From: Methylobacterium sp. | Lineage (GTDB): Bacteria > Pseudomonadota > Alphaproteobacteria > Rhizobiales > Beijerinckiaceae | Assembly: GCA_002928875.1 (NCBI GenBank) | Contig: PERO01000016.1 | Location: 9,519-73,518, forward strand | DNA length: 64,000 nucleotides | Direction: 5' to 3' | In this document: piece after piece, positions 52,001 through 60,645 of the stretch | How positions within the stretch are numbered: the first letter of the stretch is position 1 | Layout of the letters: each line of letters begins with the position of its first letter | Notes under the pieces: model-generated | The model's database searches: none | Seen by the model: the letters and a program-made list of their open reading frames with translations, nothing else | What the model was told of the DNA's origin: nothing | Translations under genes and position numbers: made by a program

Positions 52001-52226
52001 CCGCGTCGAACGGCGCGTACCGATGCTGCCTTTCAGCCGCGAGGTCACCCGCCTAGCGTGGCTCAAACGCAGCCTTACAGTCTACCGTCTAGCCTTCGGC
52101 CAGCCGCGGCAGGACGACCTGCTGGATTACCTGCAGACATTGGTCGGAGCTGGGATGAATACCGTCGATCTGGCCGATCTGCAGATCCGACTCGAGCCGG
52201 GGATTCTCGATGATCCAGCGCGATAG
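49074..52226 (+). CDS. SF2 (SNF2-like) helicase
   Basis: VADEVGLGKT, MDEFQ, LSATP, IGQEGLDFH, EQREGRVHR motifs. Confidence 0.9.
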   Translation: MSSERFRAAPALEPLKAFQRRTVDYVFDRLYGPDDPVHQFLVADEVGLGKTMVARGVIARMIEHLWDSVERIDILYICSNQAIAAQNLNRLNVLGRRELALPTRMTLIPLQLRDQEGLDANKVNFISLTPGTTFDLRSATGVTQERALLLHLLKDLVSRPRGLHNLLQVTAGVDGWTWAVDSLDLRGVDTRIIERFRRDVQADRDLFQELERVCEMFPRRRDAYPWEMTQPRNSLVARLRAKLSHACVDALQPDLIIMDEFQRFRDLLHGDSDAAILARELFDYSGGDGHAARTLLLSATPYRMLTLAGDEPDEGDHYQDFLETLSFLYGRDRGPEVAKTLAREMRAFRGFLHGLPASHAAAVEARKTVEQRLRRVIARTERVASTVERDSMVGEPPVAVSVAPADLAQAAAVSNVARALDAPEIIEYWKSAPYLLNFMRHYSLKRLLEERTNTPSAALRNAILAARPAMLDHDSLDAYAPLDPANGRMRAIMDDIFGAGLEQNLWIPAAMPYYGAQRSQPPLTKALIFSSWSMVPDAIAALLSYEAERRMGVGESGRRYFEHHRLRPLQFRQDQGRLAGLRTLLLIYPSPKLAEMADPLSIFAERNELRSQEAMRAAIADRLEPALDALRQVAAQDGGTAVNEWAAPAVIDELLGSGAGAWLSAPGGMAALASEEGFREHVAELSSAAKQRDFGALPDDLRDLLVDVALGSPAVCALRALRRIAPELAWDHPRLLSAAAEVAWAFRTLFNQHDAIALLRRGADDRYWHRVLTYGVDQNLQAVLDEYAHYLVDAEGLGSRPPAERAVGVARAMATALSIRPSQIDVDDVHVEGDALTIGKFQMRGRFAMRLADYRDEEGAVARLGGVRDAFNSPFRPFVLATTSIGQEGLDFHPYCYRVYHWNLPGNPVDLEQREGRVHRFKGHAVRLNLAERQVSAVRGNGHTPDDPWRQMFDQARSEAPVDTDLIPYWIYEGSVRVERRVPMLPFSREVTRLAWLKRSLTVYRLAFGQPRQDDLLDYLQTLVGAGMNTVDLADLQIRLEPGILDDPAR

Positions 52227-52348
52227 TCCGATCGAGGCTATTTGCCGCCGATCTGTGCGCAAGAAGCCTACACGCCAACCGTGGAAGCGGCGGGCTTCGG
52301 TTCCTTTAGTATTCAACAAAAGCAATGGTTCCGTGCGGGGGCGATTCG

Positions 52349-55036
52349 ATGGCCAGCTTGAAAGATGATCAGAAACCGCTTGAAGACGTAGCCCGCGAGA
52401 GCCTCGGCACCTTCGCAGCAATTGCCGACGCCGCCAGGAACCATCTGGCTTCCGCTACCAAAGCCAGCCTCTCAGTACCGATCGCCGACAACACCTGGAC
52501 GTCCCCGGAACCTGACAGGAATAGGCGCCGCATCGATCAGGAAAACGCAGACGGCTACCGGCTGCTTTCACTCGAACCCGCCATCGCACGCGTGGCGGTT
52601 GTCGATGAAGAGGGCTCCAAAACGACATACTACATCTGTCGCGCAGCGCCCGTCTCCGTCGCGGACAAACGGATAAAGCTGGCAAGCTATCGTTCCCCTG
52701 TAGGCCGACTGGCGGCACTTCCCGTCGGAGCGGATCATACCTTGCGTCGCGACGGTCACACGATTTCGGTCGAAGTTCTGGAATATGCGCGGTTTCAGCC
52801 GAAATTCGCCGACGGCGAATGGGATGCTCGAAATTCGATCGTCGAGGGAGACGCCTACGGTCCCCTGACGATTGAGTCGCTTCGCAGGCTCCTGGAACGG
52901 GGTGAGCCGGACATCGACGCTACGTTGCTCGACAACCTGCTGGGAGAAGAAAGTGAGGCAGCGAATGTCCGCGAGGGGCTGCGCCGCAGTGTCATTACGA
53001 AGATGGACCTGCGAGACCAGCCCATCCTCGACCAATACCAGGACGACATCTTCCGCCTGCCTTTGAACAGCCGTCTTCTGATTCTGGGCGCACCAGGCAC
53101 CGGAAAGACAACCACATTGATCCGCCGCCTCGGTCAGAAGCTCGACATTGCGTTTCTCGACGAGGACGAGCAGCGGGCCATCGGTGCAGGATCGCGCGAC
53201 GGCCAGACTAACCATGCCCGGGATTGGGTCATGTTCACGCCTACCGAGTTGCTGAAACTCTATGTCAAGGAAGCCTTCAACCGCGAAGGAATCCCTGCTC
53301 CTGACGATCGCATCAGCACCTGGGCCGATTTTCGCGACGACCTCGCCCGGAACGAATTCTCCATTCTCCGATCAGCATCCAACAGCAGCTCCTATGTGCT
53401 GAAAGAAGCCGCGCGCACCCTCAAAGCCGAGTCGGAAAACGACGCGATCGGCTGGTTCAGTGATTTCGACCAATGGCAGAAAGCCGCCTATTGGGATGAG
53501 ATGCGAGCCTCGGCCAGGAGCTTGAGCGAGCATGCTGCGCCCGATGTTGCACGCGTTGGCGCGAGGCTTCTCGCCACGATCGGCACAGATGAAGCGGAGG
53601 CGCCACATATTTTCCTCTCGTTGCTGCCGATAGCCGACGAAATTCGCGCAATGGTGGAAACCCGAAAGGACGCCACGGATGCGAAGATCCGTGGAGCGCT
53701 GAATTTGCAGGTCAACAAGGACCGTCGTTTCCTCGACGACTTCGGGAGCTTTGTCGAAGGGTTGTCCGACCTTATCGATGAGGCAGACGATCAAGATAGC
53801 GAGGATGAAGACGACGCCGGCCCGCCGCGCGTCGGCAGGGCTGCCGCCCTAAACCACTACATGCGCGTGGTGCGCTCGCAGGCTCGCGCTCGCGCCCGAA
53901 AACGAACGGTAGCTAAAGCCAGCCGAACGGGCCGCATCATCGAATGGCTCGGCGACAGGACACTCCCTGATCCCGACCTGCAGGCAATCGGCGAAAGCCT
54001 TCTGATCCAGTCCGCACTGCGATGGTTCGTGAACCCCGTACGAAGATATGTGGACGGCGTGCCTCAGCGCTATCGTCGCTTTCGCCGCGCTCGTCAGGCG
54101 GAGGCCCTGTGGTATCGACCTGAAGGCTTCAGTCCTACGGACATTCATCCCCTCGAAGTCGACATCATCCTTCTCGCCATGATGCGCGGCACGGACGACC
54201 TGGTGAGACGTGCCCGTCGTCTTGTCGACACTGAAAACCCGGCGCGATCGATTCTGGAACGATTGAACCACCTGTACCGAACGCAGGTGCTCGTCGATGA
54301 GGCTACCGATTTCTCGCCCATTCAGCTTTCCTGTATGGCGACGCTGGCGCGCCCCGGAACGCGGTCATTCTTTGCCTGTGGTGACTTCAACCAGCGTGTC
54401 ACAAGCTGGGGCACTCGCTCAGTCGAGCAAATGCGGTGGGTGATCCCTGATATCGAGACCCGCTCGATCTCGGTTGCCTATCGACAAAGCCGTCGGCTGC
54501 ACGAGCTTGCGCGACAATTGGTACGTCTCGCCGGCAACGGCGCCGCCGAAGTCGTGCTTCCGGACTACGCCGAAAACGAAGGCGTTCCACCGGTTCTCGC
54601 GCTGAACATGAATGACACGTCAAAGACTGCAGCGTGGCTGGCTCAGCGAGTTCTCGAAATCGAAAACTTCGTTGGAGAACTGCCGTCCATTGCGGTCCTT
54701 GTGAACAGCGAAGCTGATGTTCGCGCCGTGGCGGATGCGCTCGGTGATGCTCTTGTCGCGCACAATATCCGCGTGATCCCGTGTCCTGATGGCCAAGTCC
54801 GAGGGCGCGAGAACGCCGTGCGAGTGTTCAATGTCCAGCACATCAAGGGGCTGGAATTCGAAGCCGTCTTCTTTGTCGGCGTCGATACGCTTGCAGAGAA
54901 TCAACCCGATCTGTTCGACAAGTATCTCTATGTCGGTGCAACGCGTGCAGCCACATACCTGGGAATGACATGCGAGCATTCGCTGCCCGCCCGAATGGTG
55001 ACCTTGCGTGAACAATTCGAGGAGGCGTGGCGGTAG
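52349..55036 (+). CDS. SF1 helicase-like ATPase (HelD/UvrD-like)
   Basis: Q..IFR...LILGAPGTGKT, VDEATD, GDFNQ, YRQS, IKGLEFE, YVGATRA motifs. Confidence 0.85.
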   Translation: MASLKDDQKPLEDVARESLGTFAAIADAARNHLASATKASLSVPIADNTWTSPEPDRNRRRIDQENADGYRLLSLEPAIARVAVVDEEGSKTTYYICRAAPVSVADKRIKLASYRSPVGRLAALPVGADHTLRRDGHTISVEVLEYARFQPKFADGEWDARNSIVEGDAYGPLTIESLRRLLERGEPDIDATLLDNLLGEESEAANVREGLRRSVITKMDLRDQPILDQYQDDIFRLPLNSRLLILGAPGTGKTTTLIRRLGQKLDIAFLDEDEQRAIGAGSRDGQTNHARDWVMFTPTELLKLYVKEAFNREGIPAPDDRISTWADFRDDLARNEFSILRSASNSSSYVLKEAARTLKAESENDAIGWFSDFDQWQKAAYWDEMRASARSLSEHAAPDVARVGARLLATIGTDEAEAPHIFLSLLPIADEIRAMVETRKDATDAKIRGALNLQVNKDRRFLDDFGSFVEGLSDLIDEADDQDSEDEDDAGPPRVGRAAALNHYMRVVRSQARARARKRTVAKASRTGRIIEWLGDRTLPDPDLQAIGESLLIQSALRWFVNPVRRYVDGVPQRYRRFRRARQAEALWYRPEGFSPTDIHPLEVDIILLAMMRGTDDLVRRARRLVDTENPARSILERLNHLYRTQVLVDEATDFSPIQLSCMATLARPGTRSFFACGDFNQRVTSWGTRSVEQMRWVIPDIETRSISVAYRQSRRLHELARQLVRLAGNGAAEVVLPDYAENEGVPPVLALNMNDTSKTAAWLAQRVLEIENFVGELPSIAVLVNSEADVRAVADALGDALVAHNIRVIPCPDGQVRGRENAVRVFNVQHIKGLEFEAVFFVGVDTLAENQPDLFDKYLYVGATRAATYLGMTCEHSLPARMVTLREQFEEAWR

Positions 55037-55300
55037 CCCCTAACGCCGAGAGGCGAGGATAAGGCTTCAGAAGGTCCTTTGCTCCGGTGCAGAGTTGCTG
55101 ACCGTGATAATTGGAAGTCAGCGGCACGGCGGTTGGGACTCACGAAGCCGCCAGCATTGTGTGACTGACTGATGGGGAAAGGCCTTCCCCTGCGGCTGAG
55201 CCTGCCGTCTCAGCCGACCCCTTCTCTCATGTCCATTGTCAAGGGCTGAGGGCGCGACGAAGCACCCGGCGGCTGGCCGAGCCAAAGATCAGACGTCCAT

Positions 55301-55483
55301 GCGCAGGGTCGGAGGCGGGGCTCAAGACGACGGTCGATCAGACACTCATGCGCGGGTTGGTTACCGCAAGACCTCGGTATTCGTCTCGGAGCTTCCTCTG
55401 TCAGCGGGCGGGCGTCGGCACGATGGCCGGCCACAAGAAGGGGCCGAGGGTTCTCCTGACCGGCCCCGCCCCCGATACTGCGC
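55301..55483 (-). ncRNA. Candidate IS110 bridge RNA
   Basis: 20-bp closing inverted repeat, 55301-55320 versus 55464-55483 (17/20 match), enclosing smaller hairpins; lies downstream of the transposase. Confidence 0.65.
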
Positions 55484-55533
55484 ACCGACGAGATGTGCTG
55501 GTGCTATCCTCCTTTCCGGTCCTGATACGGGCT

Positions 55534-56676
55534 TCAAGCCGCCTGCGCGACAGGCTGTTCGCCGGGCAGCTCGACACGCCGGCTGACCGCCCAGATGAAG
55601 CCGACGAGCTCGCGCGCGACGGCCGTGATGACGACGTTCTTCGGCTTGCCGGTCGCGGCGAGCCGGCGATAACGGTCGTGCAGCCGGAGCTGCGCCTTCC
55701 AGGCGATCTTGACGATCTCCAGCTCGACGCCTTCCTGACGGCGCTGGATCTCCTGGCTGACCCGAGGCGCGCGGCAGTAGGTCCAGGCGCTCTCGACCAA
55801 GAGCCGGCGCGCACGCGTGTTGCCGGCCTTCGTGATCCCGCGGCGCCGGATCTTCGTGCCGCTCGAGTGCTCGGCCGGCACTAGCCCAAGGTACGCCATC
55901 AAGTGCCTCGGCGTGGCGAACCGGCTAAGGTCGCCGATCTCCGCGACGATTGTGGCCGCGGTGATCAGCGCGATGCCCCGCATAGCCTGGAGAGCATTGA
56001 CGAGCGGCGCGGCCGACCAGCTCGGTACGACGGCCTCGATCTGCTTGACGAGGCGATCGTGGCGAGCGTCGGCTTCCTGGATCGCCAGGATGTACTCCTG
56101 CATCGTGATCTGCTTGGCCGGGTGCTCCAGCTCGATGGTGGCGAGCCAACGCCAGTATGCGACCGTCCAGGCTTTGCGTCCGCCGTAGCGGTAACCGTGC
56201 CGGAGCAGGAAGCTGGAGAGCGCCTGCCGAGCCTTATTCCGCCAGTACATGGCCGTCTCCCGCGCACGGACCAGGTCCCGCACCGCTTCGTGGCGGGCGT
56301 CCGGCATCCACACCGACGTCAGCTCGCCGGCGCGGTGCATCTTCGCCAACGTGGTCGCATCCCGCTTGTCGGTCTTGATATGGTCGCCGGGCCTGCTCGG
56401 GATCAACGACGGCGCGACGACGAGGCACTCGTGACTGGCGTCGACCAGTTCGCGCGCGAGGCCATAGCCGCACGAGCCGGCCTCGTAGCAGAAGGAGAGC
56501 CGCGCCCCAGGGTGCTTCGTCAGCAGCCGACGCGCGAACTCCACGAGCGCGCCTGGCCGGTGCGACAGGGTGCCGTGGAACCTGACCTCGCTTGATCGCC
56601 CGGCCGGCGCGACCGCCACCGCGATCGTCGCCTTATGCACGTCCAGTCCAATGTAGATGACTTCCTGATCCACCAT
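55534..56676 (-). CDS. IS110 family transposase
   Basis: IGLDVHK, CYEAG, KTDKRDA (DEDD RuvC-like) and YLGLVPAEHSSG...GITKAG. Confidence 0.96.
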   Translation of the reverse strand: MVDQEVIYIGLDVHKATIAVAVAPAGRSSEVRFHGTLSHRPGALVEFARRLLTKHPGARLSFCYEAGSCGYGLARELVDASHECLVVAPSLIPSRPGDHIKTDKRDATTLAKMHRAGELTSVWMPDARHEAVRDLVRARETAMYWRNKARQALSSFLLRHGYRYGGRKAWTVAYWRWLATIELEHPAKQITMQEYILAIQEADARHDRLVKQIEAVVPSWSAAPLVNALQAMRGIALITAATIVAEIGDLSRFATPRHLMAYLGLVPAEHSSGTKIRRRGITKAGNTRARRLLVESAWTYCRAPRVSQEIQRRQEGVELEIVKIAWKAQLRLHDRYRRLAATGKPKNVVITAVARELVGFIWAVSRRVELPGEQPVAQAA

Positions 56677-56816
56677 CCTTCTCCCGTCGCGAGCAGCGCG
56701 CCGGCATCGCCGGCGCTGGCGGCACGGTCGCACAGGGTCGTGCTCGGGCCATCAGGAGATGGACATCGGGTCAGCGGGGAGACCCCGCAACGCCCCCAAG
56801 AGTGGGAGTGCAGGTC

Positions 56817-56874
56817 GGGATTTCCGTGACGGGTTGAAAGCTGGAGGAGAGGCCTCCGGCGCCCGTCGCGGAGA
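56817..56874 (+). repeat. Leader hairpin repeat, copy 1 (upstream of ardC)
   Basis: gggatttccgtgacgggttg...gagaggc...gcccgtcgcggaga, near-identical to the copy before parB. Confidence 0.8.
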
Positions 56875-56880
56875 CCCGCG

Positions 56881-57840
56881 ATGTCCAGACATGCTACGCG
56901 CGCCCGTTCCGGCTCCGACCGGACGAGCCTCTATGACGAAGTCACCGGAAAGATCCTCGCCGAGCTGGAAGGCGGAAGGCTACCCTGGGTCCAGCCGTGG
57001 GGAACGGCGGCGGCGAAGGCGCCGCTTGCCATGCCGAAGAACGCCGCCACGGGCCGAGGTTATTCCGGCATCAATGTGCTGATCCTCTGGGGTGCCGTGA
57101 TCGAGCGTGGCTTCCCGGGTCAGAGCTGGCTGACTTTCCGTCAGGCCCTCTCTCTCGGGGGAAATGTGCGCCAAGGCGAACGTGGAACCACGGTCGTCTA
57201 TGCCGATCGCTTCGTCCCCGACGACGAGAAGCAGCGCGCCCGCGAAGCTGGGGAGGAAGCCCAGGCGATCCCGTTCCTGAAGCGCTTCACGGTTTTCAAC
57301 CTGGCGCAATGCGAGCGCCTGCCCGACGACCTCGCCATTGTCGCGCCGCCGCCCGAACCCGGCCTGATCGAGCCGAAGGTGGATGCGCTGATCAAGGCGA
57401 GCGGGATCGATTTCCGGATTGGTGGCGACCGTGCGTTCTACGTGCCGGCGCGCGATTATGTGATGGTCCCGCCGCCCCAGGCTTTCTTCGAGCCTATCAA
57501 CTGGCATCGAACGGCCCTACACGAATGCTCCCATGCCAGCGGGGCACCGCATCGCCTGAATCGAGACCTTTCCGGTTCTTTTGGCACGAAGAAATACGCC
57601 TTCGAGGAGCTGGTCGCCGAGATCTCAGCGGCATTTTGCTGTGCAGCACTCGGCATCGTGCCGACCGTGCGGCACGCCGATTACATCGGCTCATGGGCTG
57701 AGGTCCTGCGCGAGGACAATAGAGCCATCGTCCGCGCAGCATCGCAGGCGAGCAAGGCTGCAGATTACCTCCTCAGCTTCCTGCCCGAACATGACCCGTT
57801 CGCGGTGTCCGTCGACACCGGCGAGCGGGAGGCGGCCTGA
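56881..57840 (+). CDS. ardC: ArdC antirestriction protein (ssDNA-binding plus zincin-like domain)
   Basis: PWVQPW, YSGINVL, WLTFRQA, FTVFN, HECSH, YAFEELVAE motifs. Confidence 0.93.
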   Translation: MSRHATRARSGSDRTSLYDEVTGKILAELEGGRLPWVQPWGTAAAKAPLAMPKNAATGRGYSGINVLILWGAVIERGFPGQSWLTFRQALSLGGNVRQGERGTTVVYADRFVPDDEKQRAREAGEEAQAIPFLKRFTVFNLAQCERLPDDLAIVAPPPEPGLIEPKVDALIKASGIDFRIGGDRAFYVPARDYVMVPPPQAFFEPINWHRTALHECSHASGAPHRLNRDLSGSFGTKKYAFEELVAEISAAFCCAALGIVPTVRHADYIGSWAEVLREDNRAIVRAASQASKAADYLLSFLPEHDPFAVSVDTGEREAA

Positions 57841-58391
57841 TGCGCGCGCCATCTCCATCGCGCCGGCGACGCCACCGACAGAAGCCTCCGTCATCCGCAG
57901 CGGCCGGTCATGCGTCCGCGCCGGCGCGCGGCTCCCCCACACGTTGGCGGGGGAAGTATCTCTTCGACAATGCCGTCGGTTTCCTTGCCGGAGCACGCCA
58001 CCTCGTGTCCGCGAGCGATCACCATTCTCGCGAAAACTTTCTCCAACTCATCGGATGCGCTGTCGAGCTGGCGTTGAAATCCTATCTGCATTTCGCGGGA
58101 TGGGATGACGATCGGTGCCGCGCTGAGGTCCGGCACGATCTGATCAAGGCACTCGCCGCCGCGGAACGGCTCGGATTTCATCCCCGCCATCCGGACACGC
58201 GGATGCTGACGCGGATCTTGTCGCCCTATTATCGCTGCCATCGCACCCGTGAGCTGGCGAGGCTCGAGCCGACGTCATTGTCGTCCGAACGGGCGCTGCG
58301 GGCGGCCGACGGACTGCTGGACGAAGTTTTTTTTGGCTGCCGTCGCGGCGCGTCCCCGTTCTGGGGGCTAACCGGATGCCGGTGTCTGTAA
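57840..58391 (+). CDS. Hypothetical protein with HEPN-like motifs
   Basis: AVELALKSYL and RHDL; TGATG overlap with ardC. Confidence 0.55.
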   Translation: MRAPSPSRRRRHRQKPPSSAAAGHASAPARGSPTRWRGKYLFDNAVGFLAGARHLVSASDHHSRENFLQLIGCAVELALKSYLHFAGWDDDRCRAEVRHDLIKALAAAERLGFHPRHPDTRMLTRILSPYYRCHRTRELARLEPTSLSSERALRAADGLLDEVFFGCRRGASPFWGLTGCRCL

Positions 58392-58458
58392 CGCGCCGGC
58401 CCTTCCTCCTTCACCCCTCGGCCTCCGCTTTCGCCGCTGCGAGAGGAAGAGGGCCGAG

Positions 58459-58517
58459 GGGATTTTCGTGACGGGTTGGAGGCCGGGAGAGAGGCTTTCG
58501 GCCGCCCGTCGCGGAGA
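58459..58517 (+). repeat. Leader hairpin repeat, copy 2 (upstream of parB-like)
   Basis: gggattttcgtgacgggttg...gagaggc...gcccgtcgcggaga. Confidence 0.8.
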
Positions 58518-58524
58518 ACTCCCG

Positions 58525-60645
58525 ATGGCTACTGCTGTTCAGAAAATCACCCTGTCGTCCTCGCGCGACATCCCCTTCAACAAGCTGGTGCTTTCCCAGT
58601 CCAACGTGCGGCGCGTGAAGTCCGGTGTCTCGATCGAGGAGTTGGCCGAGGACATCGCCCGGCGCACGCTCCTCCAGAGCCTCAACGTCCGGCCGGTCCT
58701 CGACGCCGAAGGCGCCGAGACCGGCATGTTCGAGATTCCCGCCGGCGGCCGCCGCTACCGGGCGCTCGAACTGTTGGTCAAGCAGAAGCGCCTGGCGAAG
58801 AACGCGCCCGTGCCATGTGTGGTGCGCGATGCGGCGACCGACATCCTCGCTGAAGACGATTCGCTTGCCGAGAACGTTCAGCGAGCGCCGCTTCATCCCC
58901 TCGACCAGTTCCGCGCGTTCCAGGCGATGCGCGAGAAAGGGCGGTCCGAGGAGGACATTGCAGCGGCCTTCTTCACCTCGGCCAATGTCGTGAGGCAGCG
59001 CCTGCGGCTCGCCAGCGTCTCGCCGAAGCTGCTCGATATCTATGCCGAGGATGGCATTTCTCTTGAGCAGTTGATGGCCTTCACCGTCAGCTCCGATCAT
59101 GCCCGCCAGGAGCAGGTCTGGGAGACGATCTCCGGCTCGTGGTCGAAGGAGCCCTATCAGATCCGCCGCATGCTGACCGAGAAGACGGCGCGCGCCTCCG
59201 ACCGCCGCGCCATGTTCGTCGGCCTTGACGCCTATGAAGCGGCCGGCGGCATGGTCCTGCGCGATCTCTTCCAGCAGGACGATGGCGGCTGGCTCGAGGA
59301 CATCGCCCTGCTCGACAACCTGGTCGCGGCGAAGCTCAAGGCCGAGGCGGAGACCATCGCCGCCGAAGGCTGGAAGTGGATCGAGGTCGCGACCGACTTC
59401 CCCTACGGCCATACTCTTGGGCTGCGTGAGCTCGACGGCGTAACGCCCGACCTGACGGCCGAGGAACAGGCGACGATCGACGCGCTCAACGCCGAATACC
59501 AGAAGCTCGAGGCCGAGTATGAGGACGCCGACGAGCTGCCGGACGAGGTCGACGCACGGCTCGGCGAGATCGAGACTGCGCTTGGCCAGTTCGACGATCG
59601 CCCCGTCACCTACGATCCCGCCGACATCGCTCGCGCCGGTGTCTTCGTCAGCATCGGCCCCGATGGCAGGCTCTTTGTCGATCGCGGCTATGTCCGCCCC
59701 GAAGACGAAGCGCCGGCCGTCGATCCTGGGCACGAGATCGATGGCGACGTCGCCTCCGCCGATCAGGATGGCGCCGAAGCGGGCGCATCCACCGTGCAGC
59801 GCGCGGTCATCACGATCGGCGGCCAGCCGGCCGAGCCCGAGGACGAGGAAGACGATGTGGTCAGGCCGCTGCCCGACCGGCTGGTGATGGAGCTGACCGC
59901 CCATCGCACATTGGCGCTGCGCGATGCGGTCGCCAACAATCCGCATGTCGCGTTGACGGCGCTGCTGCACAAGCTCATCGTCGACACCTTCCAGCGCGCC
60001 GTCACGAGCGGCGGATGCCTGGAGGCCTCGGTGCGCCACGTCTTCTTCCCGGTCCAGGCCGCCGATCTCAAGGACAGCCCGTCCGCCCGATCAATCGCAG
60101 AGCGGCACGAGGCGTGGAAGGCCGATCTGCCCCAAGACGACCAGGCGCTGTGGGACTGGCTCGCGGCGCTCGACGAAACGAGCCGGCTGTCACTGCTCGC
60201 CCACTGTGTCAGCTACGGCGTCAACGCCCTCTATGAGAAGCCGAACCCGTATGGCGGCAACGGCGTCTCCCAGCACGGCCTGGAACGCCGTCTCGCTCAG
60301 GCCGACCGGCTCGCCCGGGCCACCGGCCTCGACATGGTGGAAGTCGGCTGGGCGCCAACGGTCGACAACTATCTCGGTCGCGTGCCGAAGCGCCGCATTC
60401 TCGAAGCGGTGCGCGAGGGCGCGGGCGAGCGGGCCGCGCAGCTTATCGATCACCTCAAAAAGGGCGACATGGCCAAGGAGGCGGAACGGCTGCTGGCCGA
60501 AACCGGCTGGCTGCCCGAACCGCTGCGCCTCGCGGACGGCGAGGAGCCGTTGGCCGGAGGCAGCGATGCAGAGACCGACGGCGACATCGAAACGCTGCCG
60601 GAGTTCCTCTCGGGCGACGACGACGTACCGGTCGCCGCAGAATAG
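58525..60645 (+). CDS. Long ParB/Spo0J-family protein typical of ICE/plasmid leading regions
   Basis: NVRR, LLQSL, AGGRRYRAL, SLAENVQR..LHP motifs; C-terminal WLPEPLR. Confidence 0.92.
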   Translation: MATAVQKITLSSSRDIPFNKLVLSQSNVRRVKSGVSIEELAEDIARRTLLQSLNVRPVLDAEGAETGMFEIPAGGRRYRALELLVKQKRLAKNAPVPCVVRDAATDILAEDDSLAENVQRAPLHPLDQFRAFQAMREKGRSEEDIAAAFFTSANVVRQRLRLASVSPKLLDIYAEDGISLEQLMAFTVSSDHARQEQVWETISGSWSKEPYQIRRMLTEKTARASDRRAMFVGLDAYEAAGGMVLRDLFQQDDGGWLEDIALLDNLVAAKLKAEAETIAAEGWKWIEVATDFPYGHTLGLRELDGVTPDLTAEEQATIDALNAEYQKLEAEYEDADELPDEVDARLGEIETALGQFDDRPVTYDPADIARAGVFVSIGPDGRLFVDRGYVRPEDEAPAVDPGHEIDGDVASADQDGAEAGASTVQRAVITIGGQPAEPEDEEDDVVRPLPDRLVMELTAHRTLALRDAVANNPHVALTALLHKLIVDTFQRAVTSGGCLEASVRHVFFPVQAADLKDSPSARSIAERHEAWKADLPQDDQALWDWLAALDETSRLSLLAHCVSYGVNALYEKPNPYGGNGVSQHGLERRLAQADRLARATGLDMVEVGWAPTVDNYLGRVPKRRILEAVREGAGERAAQLIDHLKKGDMAKEAERLLAETGWLPEPLRLADGEEPLAGGSDAETDGDIETLPEFLSGDDDVPVAAE

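Larger units (their letters stand above)
55225..56760 (-). mobile_element. IS110-family insertion sequence (ends approximate)
   Basis: IS110 transposase with a short 5' and a ~300-bp 3' non-coding end. Outward-facing TTGACA on the minus strand at 55237-55242. Confidence 0.8.

Noticed and set aside
30046-55036. BREX or DISARM
   Set aside because: No PglZ, BrxC or PglX was recognised, nor a DUF1998 DrmB. The methyltransferase is a type III Mod paired with Res.
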